Shown in pieces: positions 37,556-51,480 of a stretch of DNA of 64,000 nucleotides (the first letter of the stretch is position 1; each line of letters begins with the position of its first letter). Both the position numbers and the translations under genes were made by a program. Under the pieces are notes generated by a model. It had not been told where the DNA came from. It saw only the letters and a list, made by a program, of their open reading frames with translations, and searched no databases. The stretch is from positions 61,816,001 through 61,880,000 of the forward strand of contig OZ076409.1 of the NCBI GenBank assembly GCA_964187785.1. The letters are read 5' to 3'. The stretch is from Amphiscolops sp. MND2022 (taxonomy: Eukaryota).

Positions 37556-40542
37556 TTCTTTTGCTGAGGTAAATAACAAGTTGACGTTACATAAGTTTAC
37601 CTAAGTAATTTTACCAAGTTCGTCTTGTAATGTTTTTTCCCTCAGCAGTCTTAATGCTATTCAAGTATCCACTGAATAGAGACATTGAAAAACAAAAACT
37701 CGTCAGTTTAAACTAGTACTGATTTGTAAACTGTATTTGTTATGACGTGATCTAAAAACTTTTTCAAAATGAATAGTTTCTATAACTATATGTTTTATAA
37801 CTGAATGACTATAACTATGTTCTGATATACTAAGAAGTGAACTCAGAGCAACTTTTTGTTGAAGAAAGATTTACGGCACTCGCTACTGAAGGTAACAAGA
37901 ATTGGAATGAATACTGCTTTGCCTAGAAAATATTACTCTGTATTATTGCTGTTCACGTGATACAATTCAACAAATTTATTGCCTATACCTCTTCTTTTTA
38001 CAGATAGCTCATTCACATACACTGCCTTGCACTTACTCACGCGTTTCCCTTCGTTCGCACGTACACGCAAGGCACTTCATTTTTGTCAATACTCGGAGTA
38101 AGCTATTGGGACTTCCTTTCTCATTTCTAGTCATTAATAGACGGTCGCCTGAAAGTACCTTACAAAACGCAAAAGCAGCTGTGCTGACTAATGCTCACAA
38201 GAGTATAACAGTCCCCTGAAAATGAAAACAAGAAATCATAAATGAAAAAGTTTTCCTATGCGTGCGGCAACTGAAATTGAGAATGTGATAGTTTGGTTGG
38301 TATTATGAACGGCCACGATTTATTAGGTACGCTGAACGCGCCGCAACTGAGGTCGGTTTTTGTTTTTCTTTTCTTTTATTTTTGTAAGCTTTTCCTTGAA
38401 ACTTTTGGCAAGATCGTAAATTTTCTAATGAAAAGATTTTTTTTGAGATTCTCAACAAAGCTTTCACAAAAGTTCAAGATTCCTATCAAAAAACCAAAAG
38501 TTTTCAAACAAGGATAGACTATCCAAGGGCGAAAACTTATAGAGAACTAAAAAAAAGTTCCAGGAGAAGATTGCTGCAAAGTCCCAAAAGGTGACACGTT
38601 TGTATCGTCTAATTTTATTACAATCAACATAAAATTATAAAATAGTTTTCATTTAACCCCGAGACTGCTTGACAAAAAGTAGCCTACGTTATCTCTTTGT
38701 TTCGCGCGGGAAAATGGTTTCCATTTCTTATCCAGTTTTGAGAAATACAAGATACGAATTGGAAAAACTTTCGACATCTTTTTCATCCTCCTTTTTACCC
38801 AAAAAAAACTAAGAATGAAAAAAACTTTTTCGTCATTTTTAGGCTAAAATGTAGCCTATAAAATGCTTTTGCAATTTACGAAACCAAGGACTCGGTATTC
38901 GGTCTCGGTTCTGAGATAAAGGTGATCAAAGGTGAAAAACACTCAAAAATTGCGAAAGTTTTCAAACTTTTTTGCCAAAAAACCATGCAGTCATTTTTTT
39001 GAAACATTTTTTCGGTGAAAATATAGGCTAGGATCTTGCGCAACGTTTAGCGAAAACATGGTAACCATATCTATTCTCTGTTTTGAGAATTTTGCCTCAC
39101 AAATTTGAAAATTATGCACATGTCATGAAATATGCGAAAAAACTCGACCATATGGGCATCTATTACAGCTCGCAGCCCCAACAAGAGAATGTAATTACCT
39201 TACAATAATGGAAGGTTTTCTAGGTGAGCTAGGAATTTCAGTTACAACAATAAACTCCCGATTTCAGATTAAAAGTTTCAAGCTCAAAAAGTTTTTCATA
39301 CAGTCTTTTTTTCCTCCATTTTGGGTTTGGTTCATGTCACTGAGAAGTAACATGAATGAGGCCTTTCAATTTGTAAAATGATACAGCTAAATTTTATTTG
39401 AGAGTGCTGAAACTCTCATATGCTGCAGGCCTGCATGCATGGTAGTTTTTAAGTAAAACCTGAAAATTCTGAAAACATCTGGCGGTAAAGTTTTGTGCAT
39501 TACTCTGCAGTTTAGCAGTTTCCATATTAAAATTAAAACTGGAAAATTTTACACTTAGTAACCGACATGATCACTTGGTTTCCACAGTTTGACTTCTCAA
39601 CCACTCTTCTGATACAATAACCGCTTCTCAAATTCTTAATATGATGCTAGTTTCTATTGTAGATGAAGTCAATTTGCAATAATATGGCGGTAAAATTGAT
39701 AACTTCTCAGCTGTTTTAAGAATAAAACTGCTTTTCGATGAAACCTGCAGACTTCAAGGAGCTTGATGAAAGTTGCTGAATACAACAGGCAAAATTTTAC
39801 GCCTGAAAGATTCCGTAACAGTTTCAGAAAATCATAGTAAAAGTTGTTGTCAACCTTCAACAATTTGAAAATTTTCTAAAACTGAGTAAAATTCTTGTTT
39901 TAAATGTTTTAAATGTTTTAAAAATCCCGATGACTTGTCAACTGAATCACTCTAAAACTGAAAACTTGTATTCAGAATATATGCTTTTCAAACTTGCATC
40001 TATTCTGTAAAGTATACTAGAGTACATCTTCTTCTCAGTACTTTACAACGGCGACAGAAGTTGGCGAGTTGAAGCAGCTGTCTCTGGGTGTATTTTTTGG
40101 CGCTACAAACCGCTCGTCCAATGCATGCAATAAACGTTTTGGATGAAACACTGATTCGAGGACTTCCAGATTAATAATTTAAAAAATATATCAGCCCACC
40201 AGACCATTTCGCATTTTCGGAATTACGGGAATTCATAAATTTTTACAGCTCAACGACAGTTTTGCTGATTCTACATAGAAGTTTGTCAACACTCGGTACA
40301 CGTGAGGCAATTGTCTTTGAAGAATTGGAGTCAAGAAAAAAATAATGAAATATTGCATATGAAAATGTAATTGAGATGAGAACATCTTAAGGACTAGGTA
40401 AGTGGAGAAAAAGGAAGGGAATAATATTTTTTACGATTTAAACCTTTAGAATTTTATGAACGGTATTTTTGGCGTCAATCAAGTTCTTAATCATGATACT
40501 GTTCATTTTGTACATTTAGCCACTCAAATAAGACACTTGACA

Positions 40543-41398
40543 ATGCCCAGTGACAACAGCGAGCGACGCAACTTCGACTGTAAGGTCACTCGGAAGACTC
40601 CAGAAGGGGCGTGGGACTTAACGGGCAGGAACGCCCACCTGATTTGGGGGGTGAACATGGGTGCAAGTGTCATCTGGTACGACTGTGTGACAACTAGTGG
40701 TCAGTCCAGCGTCAACAACTTGACCGATGAGTCACTGGAGAAAACTCAAACATCAGATGACTGCGAAGGTGAGTTGAAAGCTTGTCCGGGTTCGCAAAGT
40801 TGATAACTCTTGATTCATGGGGGGTGGGGTTGTTGAACTCTTCAGTTATGAGGTGACTTTGATGAAAATTCATGAAATTTTTACGAGTTTTCTAAAATAT
40901 TGTTGGAACTAATTAATTTTACACTAAATTGTCTCGGAATTACGAAGTGCAACATACAAGTTGAAAAAAGTATATAAAAGTTACTCACAAAAATTTGAAA
41001 TTACATATTTATACATTGAAACGTAGAACGTTTCCTAGATTAAGTTGACACGCATATCTAATTTAAAACGCACAATGCCTTTAATCTCCACAAGTAAAAA
41101 TGCTACGAACCTATCTTTTTATCGTTGAACTCCGTGGAATCTACATCTTTTGAATGAAAAATTGTAGCATGGCAGGATTATTGAGAAAAGGCATCTGAGA
41201 AATTTTATTTTCACATATAGAAATATGGGCAGAAATTAAACAAAAGTCACACAATGAAAATTTGGAGGTATTTCAGCTAACGTGATCACATTCACCGACA
41301 CAGAAGACAATCGAAGGAGAAGCTATATGTTCACCAACTCCGAACAAGCTCAGCAACTATTCGATCTACTCAAGAACAAAGATGCATCTGAGGATTAG
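40543..41398 (+). CDS. Two-exon gene (40543-40768, 41277-41398), 115-aa putative PH/EVH1/RanBD-like domain protein
   Basis: Strong donor AAG|GTGAGT and acceptor atttcAG, both phase 1, giving an open product MPSDNSERRNFDCKVTRKTPEGAWDLTG...VITFTDTEDNRRRSYMFTNSEQAQQLFDLLKNKDASED*; possible 5'UTR exon 40249-40397. Confidence 0.72.
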
Positions 41399-41668
41399 AA
41401 ACAGCAAAACTTGCATTTGAATTTGGAACTTTATTATCATGTATTATCAAGCGGAAATTTCAACTTTTCACACATTTGATAAATAAGAATTACAATGACC
41501 GTTTACACCGGTAGCTTTCAAATACTGGCTAGTAGCGAGATGTTCGTAAAAGCAACCAGCTAAAAGTGACCGTTTCAAAACAGTTAAAAACACCGCCATG
41601 TTTCGAAAGCAAACCCTATTACTAAAAAATTTCGAAGAACAAAGAAGTTAGAATACAGAGCTTATAAA

Positions 41669-42319
41669 TCAAAAGAAAACCCAAAAACTACAGTTTTTGG
41701 AATCTTTACTTGATAATTTCAACTGACAGTACTCTGAAGCTCCTTTATGCCCGGGGTTATTGTAAGGACTTAGGTTCCTCAAATCACATGCAGACCTGGA
41801 GACCTTCTTCGAAATTTTTGATCTCAACCCATTTATCTGTTCTCCATTCTCCTGACTCTTTGGGGACGAACTGACCTCAGTGTCCTTGTTTCCTGATGAA
41901 GGCATGGAACTTACAAAACTACGGATTTCTGGTATTACCCTGTCAGATATAGCAGAGCTTATAGCCCTGTTGATCTGAGAATGCATCATGGACATCATAG
42001 AGTCCATCTCCTGGGAAAGTCTCAGATTAAACTCAGTCGTAAACGTTTCTTTTGATTGTAAAACTTCATCTCGTCTAGGAATGTTGTCTTCACAACTAAT
42101 ATTTCCAAAATCACCTTCATGGTGAAAGTTATCCATTGGACGCTGATCGGACTCAATGCCATATTGGACTGTTGATTCCTCAATACCATTAGCTAGTTCT
42201 CTCTCAATTGGATTAATGTTTTCATTGCCTACTATTATGTCTAAATTATCAAAGTCAGACATCATGTCCATTTCTCTAGATCTCCTTGCTTTCGCTTTCT
42301 GTCTCCTCGTAGAAGGCAT
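41669..42319 (-). CDS. LTR-encoded Gag N-terminal domain ORF (216 aa, last ~30 aa from flank)
   Basis: Homologous to the start of the 59647 ORF (RLSQEMDSMM..QINRAISSAISDRVIPEI vs RISREMDEMM..QIQRAINDAISNQVLPQI). Confidence 0.7.
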   Translation of the reverse strand: MPSTRRQKAKARRSREMDMMSDFDNLDIIVGNENINPIERELANGIEESTVQYGIESDQRPMDNFHHEGDFGNISCEDNIPRRDEVLQSKETFTTEFNLRLSQEMDSMMSMMHSQINRAISSAISDRVIPEIRSFVSSMPSSGNKDTEVSSSPKSQENGEQINGLRSKISKKVSRSACDLRNLSPYNNPGHKGASEYCQLKLSSKDSKNCSFWVFF

Positions 42320-43348
42320 AAGAAATGGTTACAAGGGAAGAATCGAATTGAATCTTTATCTTGTAAAACAAATTTGGTATCGGTTGTATAAATGAACAAT
42401 GACTAGTTTCAACAAGTTGTGTCGGGACTTGAGGTCCCAGGTATTTATATATTCATATTTGCATGACTAGCAACTTTATGAGTGTCATGTTCTAAAAATA
42501 GCCTGAAGGGCTTTCTAGCAACAATGACGTCATATTTGCAAATCGACTACAAAGCAATATCTTGGCGACACAAGTGACTGATGACATGAAGGCGTTGATA
42601 TTCAAGTGTCCTCAAAAACAAGCATCAATACATGTAACTACTTTCAAAATTCCATGCAGCTATACATGGAACTATATTTTACATGTGAAATAGTGTACAT
42701 TGAGTATCTATATATTTCAACATAACACTCCTACTATTGTAAGGCCTACTAGTACACAGGATTGCTATTTAAATTCGCAAATTCTTCATTCATGAGTACC
42801 AATATTTTGAATCAGGACTCAGTACCCATTCATTGTGATTGATTGGTGACGTAAGGCAAATAGCCTCGGTGACCTTTAAAGTAAAGCACTTTAGTTAAAA
42901 AATGGAAACTGCAACGTAATTGGTCTGAATGAGTTTTGGACAGCGTGTTCAGTGCGACAGGCGAGGAAATATTTGAACACGTTTCCTCTGCCTGTACGGC
43001 TTGGAGTCCATTATTAACAACGCATCAATTTTCTACATGTATATTTATACTAAAGCAACAACATATCAACTTGATAATACTAATTTGAGCCGAACTGGAA
43101 TGATTGCAAAATTCGGTCCGATTAATAATTTGGTTTGCATTATCAAACAAAATATTAACATCAATATTAATATGAAACAAAGCTCCCAGTTTAAGTTTTA
43201 AATTCTTGGGTTGGGCGTCCTCCCTGCGGTTAAGGAAAATTGTTCCCAGCAGGGATTCTTTATTCAAGAAGGATCGTACCAGGGATAGTGTTATAATGAT
43301 TGTATGAGATGGAGTACCAATTCCCATCGCATGCGGCCGCCTGCGACA
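41761..43348 (-). mobile_element. Solo long LTR related to element B
   Basis: Minus strand begins TGTCGCAGG (same as the 58049 LTR) and ends CCTTACA; flanks GTTAT/TTTAT (TSD with one mismatch); TATA box ~125 nt before the ORF. Confidence 0.75.
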
Positions 43349-45253
43349 TTTATTAGTTACAGGGGGTGTCATAGTATAATTTGAGACAGTGCGTGTAGTC
43401 CTGAAAGAGGAGTTTGAACGACACAATGACTCACGTAAACAACTTATTTACTCACATTGATTGATAATCATATAATGTAAGGTTTTATATGTGACCCCAT
43501 TCCAGTTCTTCAATCCGCACCAGAAGAAGTCTTCTCTTAAAGTTAAACTGTTCTCTTTTTTTTTGAGAATTAAAACTAGTACAAAAAGTTTCCCTTCAGT
43601 TTCATTGGAACAACTTTCTCCCTAACTTGTTGGTTCAACCCACGAGGAACAAGGTTAGTAGTTCTTCAACAGGCACACAGTTTTCAAAATTGAAGCTGCG
43701 AATTGTAACGTTGGAAGCAATTAATAGCAAATGTCGTGAACTCAAGTCAACAATGTTTTTCCGAAGTACCAAGTATCTAAAAGAACAATGTTGAGAAGTC
43801 GATATACAAGTTTTCCGGAACGAAACGGTCAACAAAACGACAAAACGGAGCCTTCGACAAAAAGTTTTGCTTCACGAACTTATATTCGAAAGACATTAAT
43901 CTCGAAGGATTTTGTGAGAATTTACATTGACGAAAATGAAGAATTTAATCTTGACTCTGAAATCGTCAATGAAACTATTGTGAAGCTAGTATAGTGAGCA
44001 AAACTACAAAAAACAATGTTGTTCATTCGCAGAGTTCTTCCTTCCGTCCAAGAAAAACATACAGAACAATAAAATAAAACTCGAGATGACCTACGACAGT
44101 CAGTAATTCTGTTCAAGTAGTAATGACGAAAGCAAGGAATGTGTTCAAAAACCAAGTTTGGCAGAGAAATTGTCACTACAACGTTTGAGAAAAACAAAAG
44201 TTTTTGATAGATGTTCGACAAGATGCAGCTTCAATGACAACAAAAACATCATGCTCAATGTCGAAGTCTTTCCAAAAAGCACTACAATCAGTGGATTCTA
44301 CAAAGTAGGTCGGACCGGGAGTGAATTAAAAAGGTTAGACTGGGTTGGCCTTTTGACCGCTTTTTGACAGCTGGTAGATGACGAATGCCGAAAAGATGAC
44401 CAAACTCCAATTGTTGTGACAGATCCCGCATATATTCTGATCCACGGATATGGATGTATCGGCGCTTCCTACAAAACTGCTAAGAACAAATTCAAAAGCT
44501 GCTTTGGAAACCTAACTGACGTTTTTCAGAGTATTTGCTCCGCCTACAAAGAGTTCAACATCCGACATTGGAACAACCCTCCAACGTTCAAGCCTTTTCG
44601 AATTTTCCTTTCACACTGCTGGACACTTTGAAACAACTCTTTTCATCATGATCTACATTCAGCAGCGAATGTGGAGCAGATGCTTGGGTAACTTTCTATC
44701 ACCGTCAAACATGAGTGGCACCGACGGGCTTCAGCAGTCGAAGCGGATCAACAAACGCTGTCTCAGATAACTGAATGTATCGAAGAGTACGCTATACCGC
44801 TTGTGAAGTTCTACCGAACAACACAACTGAAACACAAGACACGTAAATGCCCAGAATTTTCAACGTCAGAGGTGTTTTAAAGACAAAAGGCTAGAAATGT
44901 CAACACTATAGTAGACAGCCAACAGCATCAGCGATGCTCACTACTTCCACTCTTTGAACTTTTTTGTCACATTCCAGTCAGCCAAAGATAAGTTAACAAT
45001 TGAAGTTATGTTTCAAACGCATTTGCCCTAATCTCTTCAAAGACTGTAAATCAACACTTACAGTCAAACAGCCATGTTGTGACGAACAACATTATGCACT
45101 CTTTCACCAGGACTTATAAATTGTGTCACCATATTGACAGCAACCTACCTGATCGGCGGAATGAGATCGACTTTTTTGTTGCCGATTATACAAGTAAAAT
45201 GGCCAGGCAGTTCAAAAACAATCAACAACTCCGCTCTTTTGGATTCCATGTTC

Positions 45254-45915
45254 TTTAGTCGGCGCTTTTATTATTAAAAGAGCCCGAACAAAACAGTCAC
45301 TCGTTTTTTTCTTTTTTTTTTTACTGACTCGAAGCGACGAACGTAAAAGGTTCAACTAACGGAAACTGAATGAATACCCAGGAAACGCATCTAAGTTATT
45401 CTAAAGGGTCCCCCTTCGCTTTTTTACTTTTCGAACGTAACCTAAAAATGGTTAAAGGGCTAAAGGGCGTCCCTTTCGATTTTTTTTCGACACTAAGCGA
45501 ATTTTTTTTTGAATTTTTTTGTCCCCAAAGAGTTCCCCTTTTGGATTTTTTCTTCTTGAACGTAGCTTACAAAACCGGATGGGTTTAAAAGGCCCTCTTT
45601 TTTACTTTTTCAAGGAAACCCACAAAGCCGAACGTGCCTAAACGGTCCCCTCTTTGAATTCTTTTTCGGCATTGTTCGAATTTTTTCGAAAATTGTTTTA
45701 ATGTCCCCAAAGGGTCTCCCCTTCGAGTTTTTTGATGTTTTGCAACTGATTGTAAGTTATTAAATCCGAAAGGGGCCTCCTTTTACATTTTTCGGCACTG
45801 TGCGACGTTTTCCGAGAGAAAAAAAATTTCAAAAATTTCAAAGTTTTTTTGAAAAATGTTTGGGTTTTTTTGAGCCTTAGATATAGCGCTGACTTTAGGC
45901 GTTCTCGTCTCTTTT
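45254..45915 (+). mobile_element. HINE-like element within the BEL remnant
   Basis: 5' TTTAGTCGGCGC and 3' GAGCCTTAGATATAGCGCTGACTTTAGGCGTTCTCGTCTT. Confidence 0.72.
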
Positions 45916-47729
45916 TTACACTACTCAGAGTTGCGGTGGCAAGACAATTTGTTCCTGACATAGAACTCAACCAGGCAATTACAATGGTTGGGTTCAATTG
46001 AACTATAGAAGAACTAGCCGCATCTAAACAGCCTGTGACTCGACCTCGCCAGACCTACATTCTTGGCAACGTTGTTACAGTTCCCCGAAAGAATCTTAAC
46101 AATGTACAACCGATATATTCAAGAAAGATCGCCGGGCAATGCCACACTTCAGTCATAAAATAATACCTACAAAAATAATTCTCCTCTAATTAGAAAGACT
46201 TCATTTGACAAACTATTGAAAAGAGGGGTGTTCGATAGAACACCAAACACACCTAAAGCAATCAACACACTTTTAAGATGAACCTTCGCGGTGGCAATTC
46301 AACCGCACCGCATGTGGTACAGACTAATACTCAACAATGACCACGAATTGATGATTTTGACTGCGATTTGTATCAACAAGTTTCGAATCGGATATAATTC
46401 GATGCAAAGAGAGTAACTAACTCATGAAGTTTCCAGCAATTTGCAAGAAGACCAAAAGTCCTTGAAGATTCTCGAATCGACCACAAACCACAAAACTTGC
46501 TGATGGCCATTACGGAATGGGACTGATGTGGAAAGACGGCTTTATAATACCGAAACATTGGATGATTGCCGAGCTACAACTAAGATCTTCACTGCACGTA
46601 CTACCATTGAATAATCTCCATTGAAAAACCATTGACTCGGATGTCGCTAGAAAATAAATCACCACTGGGTACCCGAGAACAAACACAGCAGCCGAAGCTG
46701 AATTTTTACTGTATGTTCGATTACTACCATCAACAAATCAGGAAAAGTAAGAAGAGTGACCAATGCCAGCAGTACATAACAAAACGCATCACTCAAGAGC
46801 AGCTTACTAACAAGACTCGATCATCTATGCAACTTGACAGGACTTGTCAAGTGATTTTGACACAGAGCAATTGCAATCTCAGCCGACATAGATGCATTGA
46901 TTATGAAGTGAAAATGAAACCGAAGTGAAAACTGCTTCGCGATTTTTGTGTAGGAAGACCGGAAATCAGATCACGTACCAGTATTATTTTTGCTGATAAA
47001 ACGCAACAAATGGTTGGTGTTAAATAGAAATCTCCAACCTACACGGTTTGTGCATTTGACCTCGTCTTTTTTTACACTACTCAGAGTCGCGGTGGCAAGA
47101 CAATTTGTCCCTGACATAGAACTCAACCAGGCAATTACAATGGTTGGGTTCAATTGAACTATAGAAGAACTAGCCGCATCTAAACAGCCTGTGACTCGAC
47201 CTCGCCAGACCTACATTCTTGGCAACGTTGTTACAGTTCCCCGAAAGAATCTTAACAATGTACAACCGATATATTCAAGAAAGATCGCCGGGCAATGCCA
47301 CACTTCAGTCATAAAGTAATACCTACAAAAATAATTCTCCTCTAATTAGAAAGACTTCATTTGACAAACTATTCAAGAGAGGGGTGTTCGATAGAACACC
47401 AAACACACCTAAAGCAATCAACACACTTTTAAGATGAACCTTCGCAGTGGCGATTCATCCGCACCGCATGTGGTACAGACTAATACTCAACAATGACCAC
47501 GAATTGATGATTTTGACTGCGATTTGTATCAACAAGTTTCGAATCGGATATAATTCGATGCAAAGAGAGTAACTCATGAAGTTTCCAGCAATTTGCAAGA
47601 AGACCAAAAGTCGTTGAAGATTCTCGAATCGACCACAAACCACAAAACTTGCTGATGGCCATTACGGAATGGGACTGATGTGGAAAGACGGCTTTATAAT
47701 ACCGAAACATTGGATGATTGCCGAGCTAC
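45905..47729 (+). repeat. ~670-bp direct duplication (45905-46579 and 47061-47729)
   Basis: Near-identical sequence; duplicated ORF-track peptides. Confidence 0.93.
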
Positions 47730-50394
47730 AATCAGCTACTTGGACTGACAGGACCGATAACAATATCGGCAAGCTCTTCAGGAGACATGGAAACAACACT
47801 TGGGCTGCGACACTATAGTTGATAAGATAGCCACCTACCCAACCTGTGTATTTCATTCTAGGAGAAAGGTAATTTTGGAGACTTTCAATCCCTCGACATT
47901 ACTTCAAAAACAATTCACACACTGTACTGCAACTTCACATATCGAACGACATATCAGAATGAACGAACTCCAATGTAGCTTATTTCCGCATCCATCATCC
48001 AGAAAGATCAACGTGTTCAAGTCCATTTCATCAACTGTAAGAACACATTAATACCACTGAAACGGATGACAGTACCCAACTTGGAGCTACAACCAGCAGC
48101 TAACGGAGTGCCACTTGCCATTTCCTCTTAAAAGAGCGCCGTTGGTTGATAAACATTCTGCTGGACAGATAGTACCGCAGATCTAAAATGGAATAACACT
48201 GCAAGCAGATGTCAAATGTTGTTCATTGACGCCTGTCTTGACTTCATATTATAAACAACCAGAACTAAATGGACCTACGTTCGAAGTGAGAACACTCAAG
48301 CCGACGACAGAACCCGAGGCTACAAAGCCGCAGAAATGACTTCAAAGAGCAGATTTGTTAAAGGACCCACATTTCAGCTCCTACCACCAAACGAATGACC
48401 ACACAACCGCTATCACATATAATATTAGATGATGCAACACCCAACACTTGCAGTCATTTGCATCAAGTTTGACATTCGACCAACAAAATGTTCGGAAAGA
48501 ATGGACACACAGAAGTTCAGTATTTGGACCCGAAATCTCAGAGGACTTTTGTAGTGTTCCTTGTTATCAGGTATCATGCGGAATACGGATTCAGTACTAA
48601 ACCTTGACAGCCCAAAATTTGACCAAAGCATTCTCTTACATGACAGGAAATTCGCAACGACCAAAATTGGGAGATGACATCACCGAACTACAGAAAAAAC
48701 AATATATGACAACTATAAGCTGTCGACTTAAAAAACACAATCGTATCGCAAACGGACACGTTGCACTGGAATATTCAAGAGCAGAAACACTTCAAGAGCA
48801 CTACTGGATTCTTCGACTGATTCAGCACTACAGGATTCAGCACTACTGGATTCAGCACTACTGGATACTGAAAAAGGGAGCAAATACAGTCCTTGCCGGG
48901 CAACTTGACAGGACATTCAACAACCACTCATGGGCGACTTTCCACGGCATCGCCTGTCGAATAACACCTCTCACCAGTTCGTAACAACAGGAGTTGACTA
49001 TCGTGGTTCATGTTGATTCACGACAGAAAATCATTCCTTCGAACAGTACGAGCTTCATTGGAGCAAACAATACCCTCAAGCTTGGAATTGCGATACTGCA
49101 AAACAAATTCTCTGTTTTACAAGACCTGTTCTTACCTTAAAGTATAACCTGGGTACCTCACCTGCCATCAGCGCCACATTTTGGAGGAGCTTGGGAAAGA
49201 ATCATCAGAATCTTCAAAAACACTTTTTCATAATTGCAGGGATATAACAGCTGATGCAATTTACTCCACTCGAAAATTGACTATCGCAATAGTAAGCATA
49301 ACAGATACAACTATCTTTTCCGACCACTGTAATAGTGTGGTCAAGTTTATAAGTGGCAGACCTCGTTTAGTTATTGGAGGACTTCAGTCCACGTGGATTG
49401 TGGCCATTGGGACGACTCAACAGACTCTCAAAAGTTCTGGACTTGTAATATGTTCAACATAGTGTCGCCATAACAAGACCCACGCCGAGAACGTGGCCTC
49501 TGAAGGGTCTCAAAAATTGTAAATATATCTAACTAACAATACTTCAACCCTGTGGTGTGTTAGAAAATGAACACATGGTCCAGTTTATGTTTGAACATTT
49601 TGCTTACTGGCATGATCAAATCAAATCAAGTAAAACATTAGTTCAAATCAGTAAACTCTAAATTGACATAATTAGTTAGTTACACTAAATGACTTGAATT
49701 CTTTTGCATGCATGTGTCATCCAATGTAAACTTTACTGTATGTATGTATGTATGTGTTTAATGTACGTATGCGGCAATTGTTTAATCGCGTAATTCATTC
49801 AAAGTTAATGTGTAATTTAGTCAAAGTAATGAAAAGCCAAACAACTATTCAATGTAAATTGATGTGTTTGAAGTAATTATTAAATTGCCGTAAACTCTTT
49901 GACTAATTTTGCCGGAAACTTTGACTAATTTACATTTTTCGGTAGTTTTATAAATGAGTACTCCCTAAAAGTGAAATTCAATCAAACTTTCACTAACTTA
50001 CACCCTTCTAAATTAGCTTGTAAATTTTGACTGTTTTACACCATTAACTAACTACGCATTTTGACTGGAATTCACCGCGTTCATATTACACTTTGCTGCA
50101 CCACTACACTAATGGATTACTATAGACTTTGACAAATTTAGAGTGATTGACTATTTTACCCAAAATACTGTTTACACCAAGTGATCACTTTCCACTTTTG
50201 CGGGACATGTATCGTAATGTTTGCTGAAAACTAAATAACCGTATTTGCGTACCGCCAAATGAGCCGGACTCCTTGACTCACATAATTAGAAGTAAAGTTT
50301 TGATTGCATACATAAAAGCATCGTAAGAATTTCATGCAGTCAACTCTTTCTTAAATTCAGTGATGAAAACCTCAACTTGATGAGAAAACTTTGT

Positions 50395-50703
50395 TTACCC
50401 TGCACTAGAGTCTCCCGGACCTTTATTGGTATTTAACTCCTTTACGTAACGTGAGGCCATATAGGCGTGGTCAGAAATGAGGCTGATTTGTCTCGCAAAT
50501 GGATAATTTGTACGGAGGGCGCCCACTTTTTGTCCCATGGGTCGGTCTAAAACGAACCTTGCCGGAGATGAACTAAGACCCTTTTGGGATTTGCTTCCGT
50601 TAGTAAACACCTAAGCCAGGTGTACAGCTTCGGTGGCGTCCACTACTTTGAAAACGCAAAAGCGTTTTTTGCAAAGCTTGATCACAGAGGGAGCGAGGTG
50701 ATT

Positions 50704-50741
<38 letters not shown>

Positions 50742-51480
50742 CTGGTCGAGTATCGGCTGAACCACTCAATCTCTTCGTGATAGGCGACCGGCCAGTTTGA
50801 AGAACTTCTGTACACCAAATTTACCAGTACGTGGCTTGAAGGTTTCATCCAATATAGTGAAAGCATGTGTGCAGATGATGATAGAGACTTCTTCCACGGA
50901 CGTTAGAATTGCTAATCGAATATATCAGACTCTTCGATAGACAGTTTCCAGATAAATGCGTTGGTGCTGTGTCGACTCCCAATACAAAAATTGCAGGTGG
51001 ACTGCCAGTAGCTGGAGAATTGAAGGCACCCCTCTCGCTCTTTTGAAAAGACGGTGGAGCGTAACTGCAACTGAACTAATTCATCGTTCGAATTTCAAAA
51101 TTTTCAGCCAGCGGCATTTTAGTGCTTAAGACATTGGATCAGCTTTACATGTTTAAGACAGCAAGGAAGTCGTTTTTCCATGTGATGTTTCTTACAATTG
51201 GATGTCGTACCAGTGTCTCAGATCCAGTCGCAGACTGGAAAGGAATATCTTTGTCAGCACTGGTTAGTCCAGACCAATTAGAGTTTAGGTCTAAACAGTC
51301 ATTTTTAGGTCCCATTGCTTCCCATAGCTCCAGTTCGGACTCCAATGCTCTTTACTTCAGTTCAGTTGCAATTTGTCCAACTCCCATATTCCCATATGGC
51401 AAACCCAAGGCCGCATTAGGTTTTGTTGTTGACGTTACTGCCGGTAAGGTGGTAAAATCACAATAAAAAATCGCATTCGA
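50395..51480 (-). pseudogene. Possible decayed non-LTR retrotransposon 3' region with RNase H-like remnant
   Basis: VFTNGSKS..ISLISD..KGPG resembles RNase H motif order (FTDGS..SDS..WxPGH); weak. Confidence 0.28.
50707..50739 (+). repeat. (TG)16 microsatellite
   Basis: Direct reading. Confidence 0.97.

Larger units (their letters stand above)
43630..49550 (+). mobile_element. Heavily decayed BEL/Pao LTR retrotransposon
   Basis: Fragments FCWTDST (~48160), ADDRTRG..KGP, TGVDY (~48990), SFIGA and PSAPHFGGAWERII (~49170-49210); PBS-like TGG at 43631; LTR pair not identified. Confidence 0.78.

Noticed and set aside
38653..40090. Possible piggyBac-like end TTAA-CCCC
   Set aside because: No matching inverted terminus with TTAA found.
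48797..48870. QHYWI repeat peptide
   Set aside because: Local 15-bp slippage expansion inside the dead BEL integrase region.
49556..50207. Candidate 3' LTR of the BEL remnant
   Set aside because: TG..CA bounded but no matching 5' LTR near 43350-43630.
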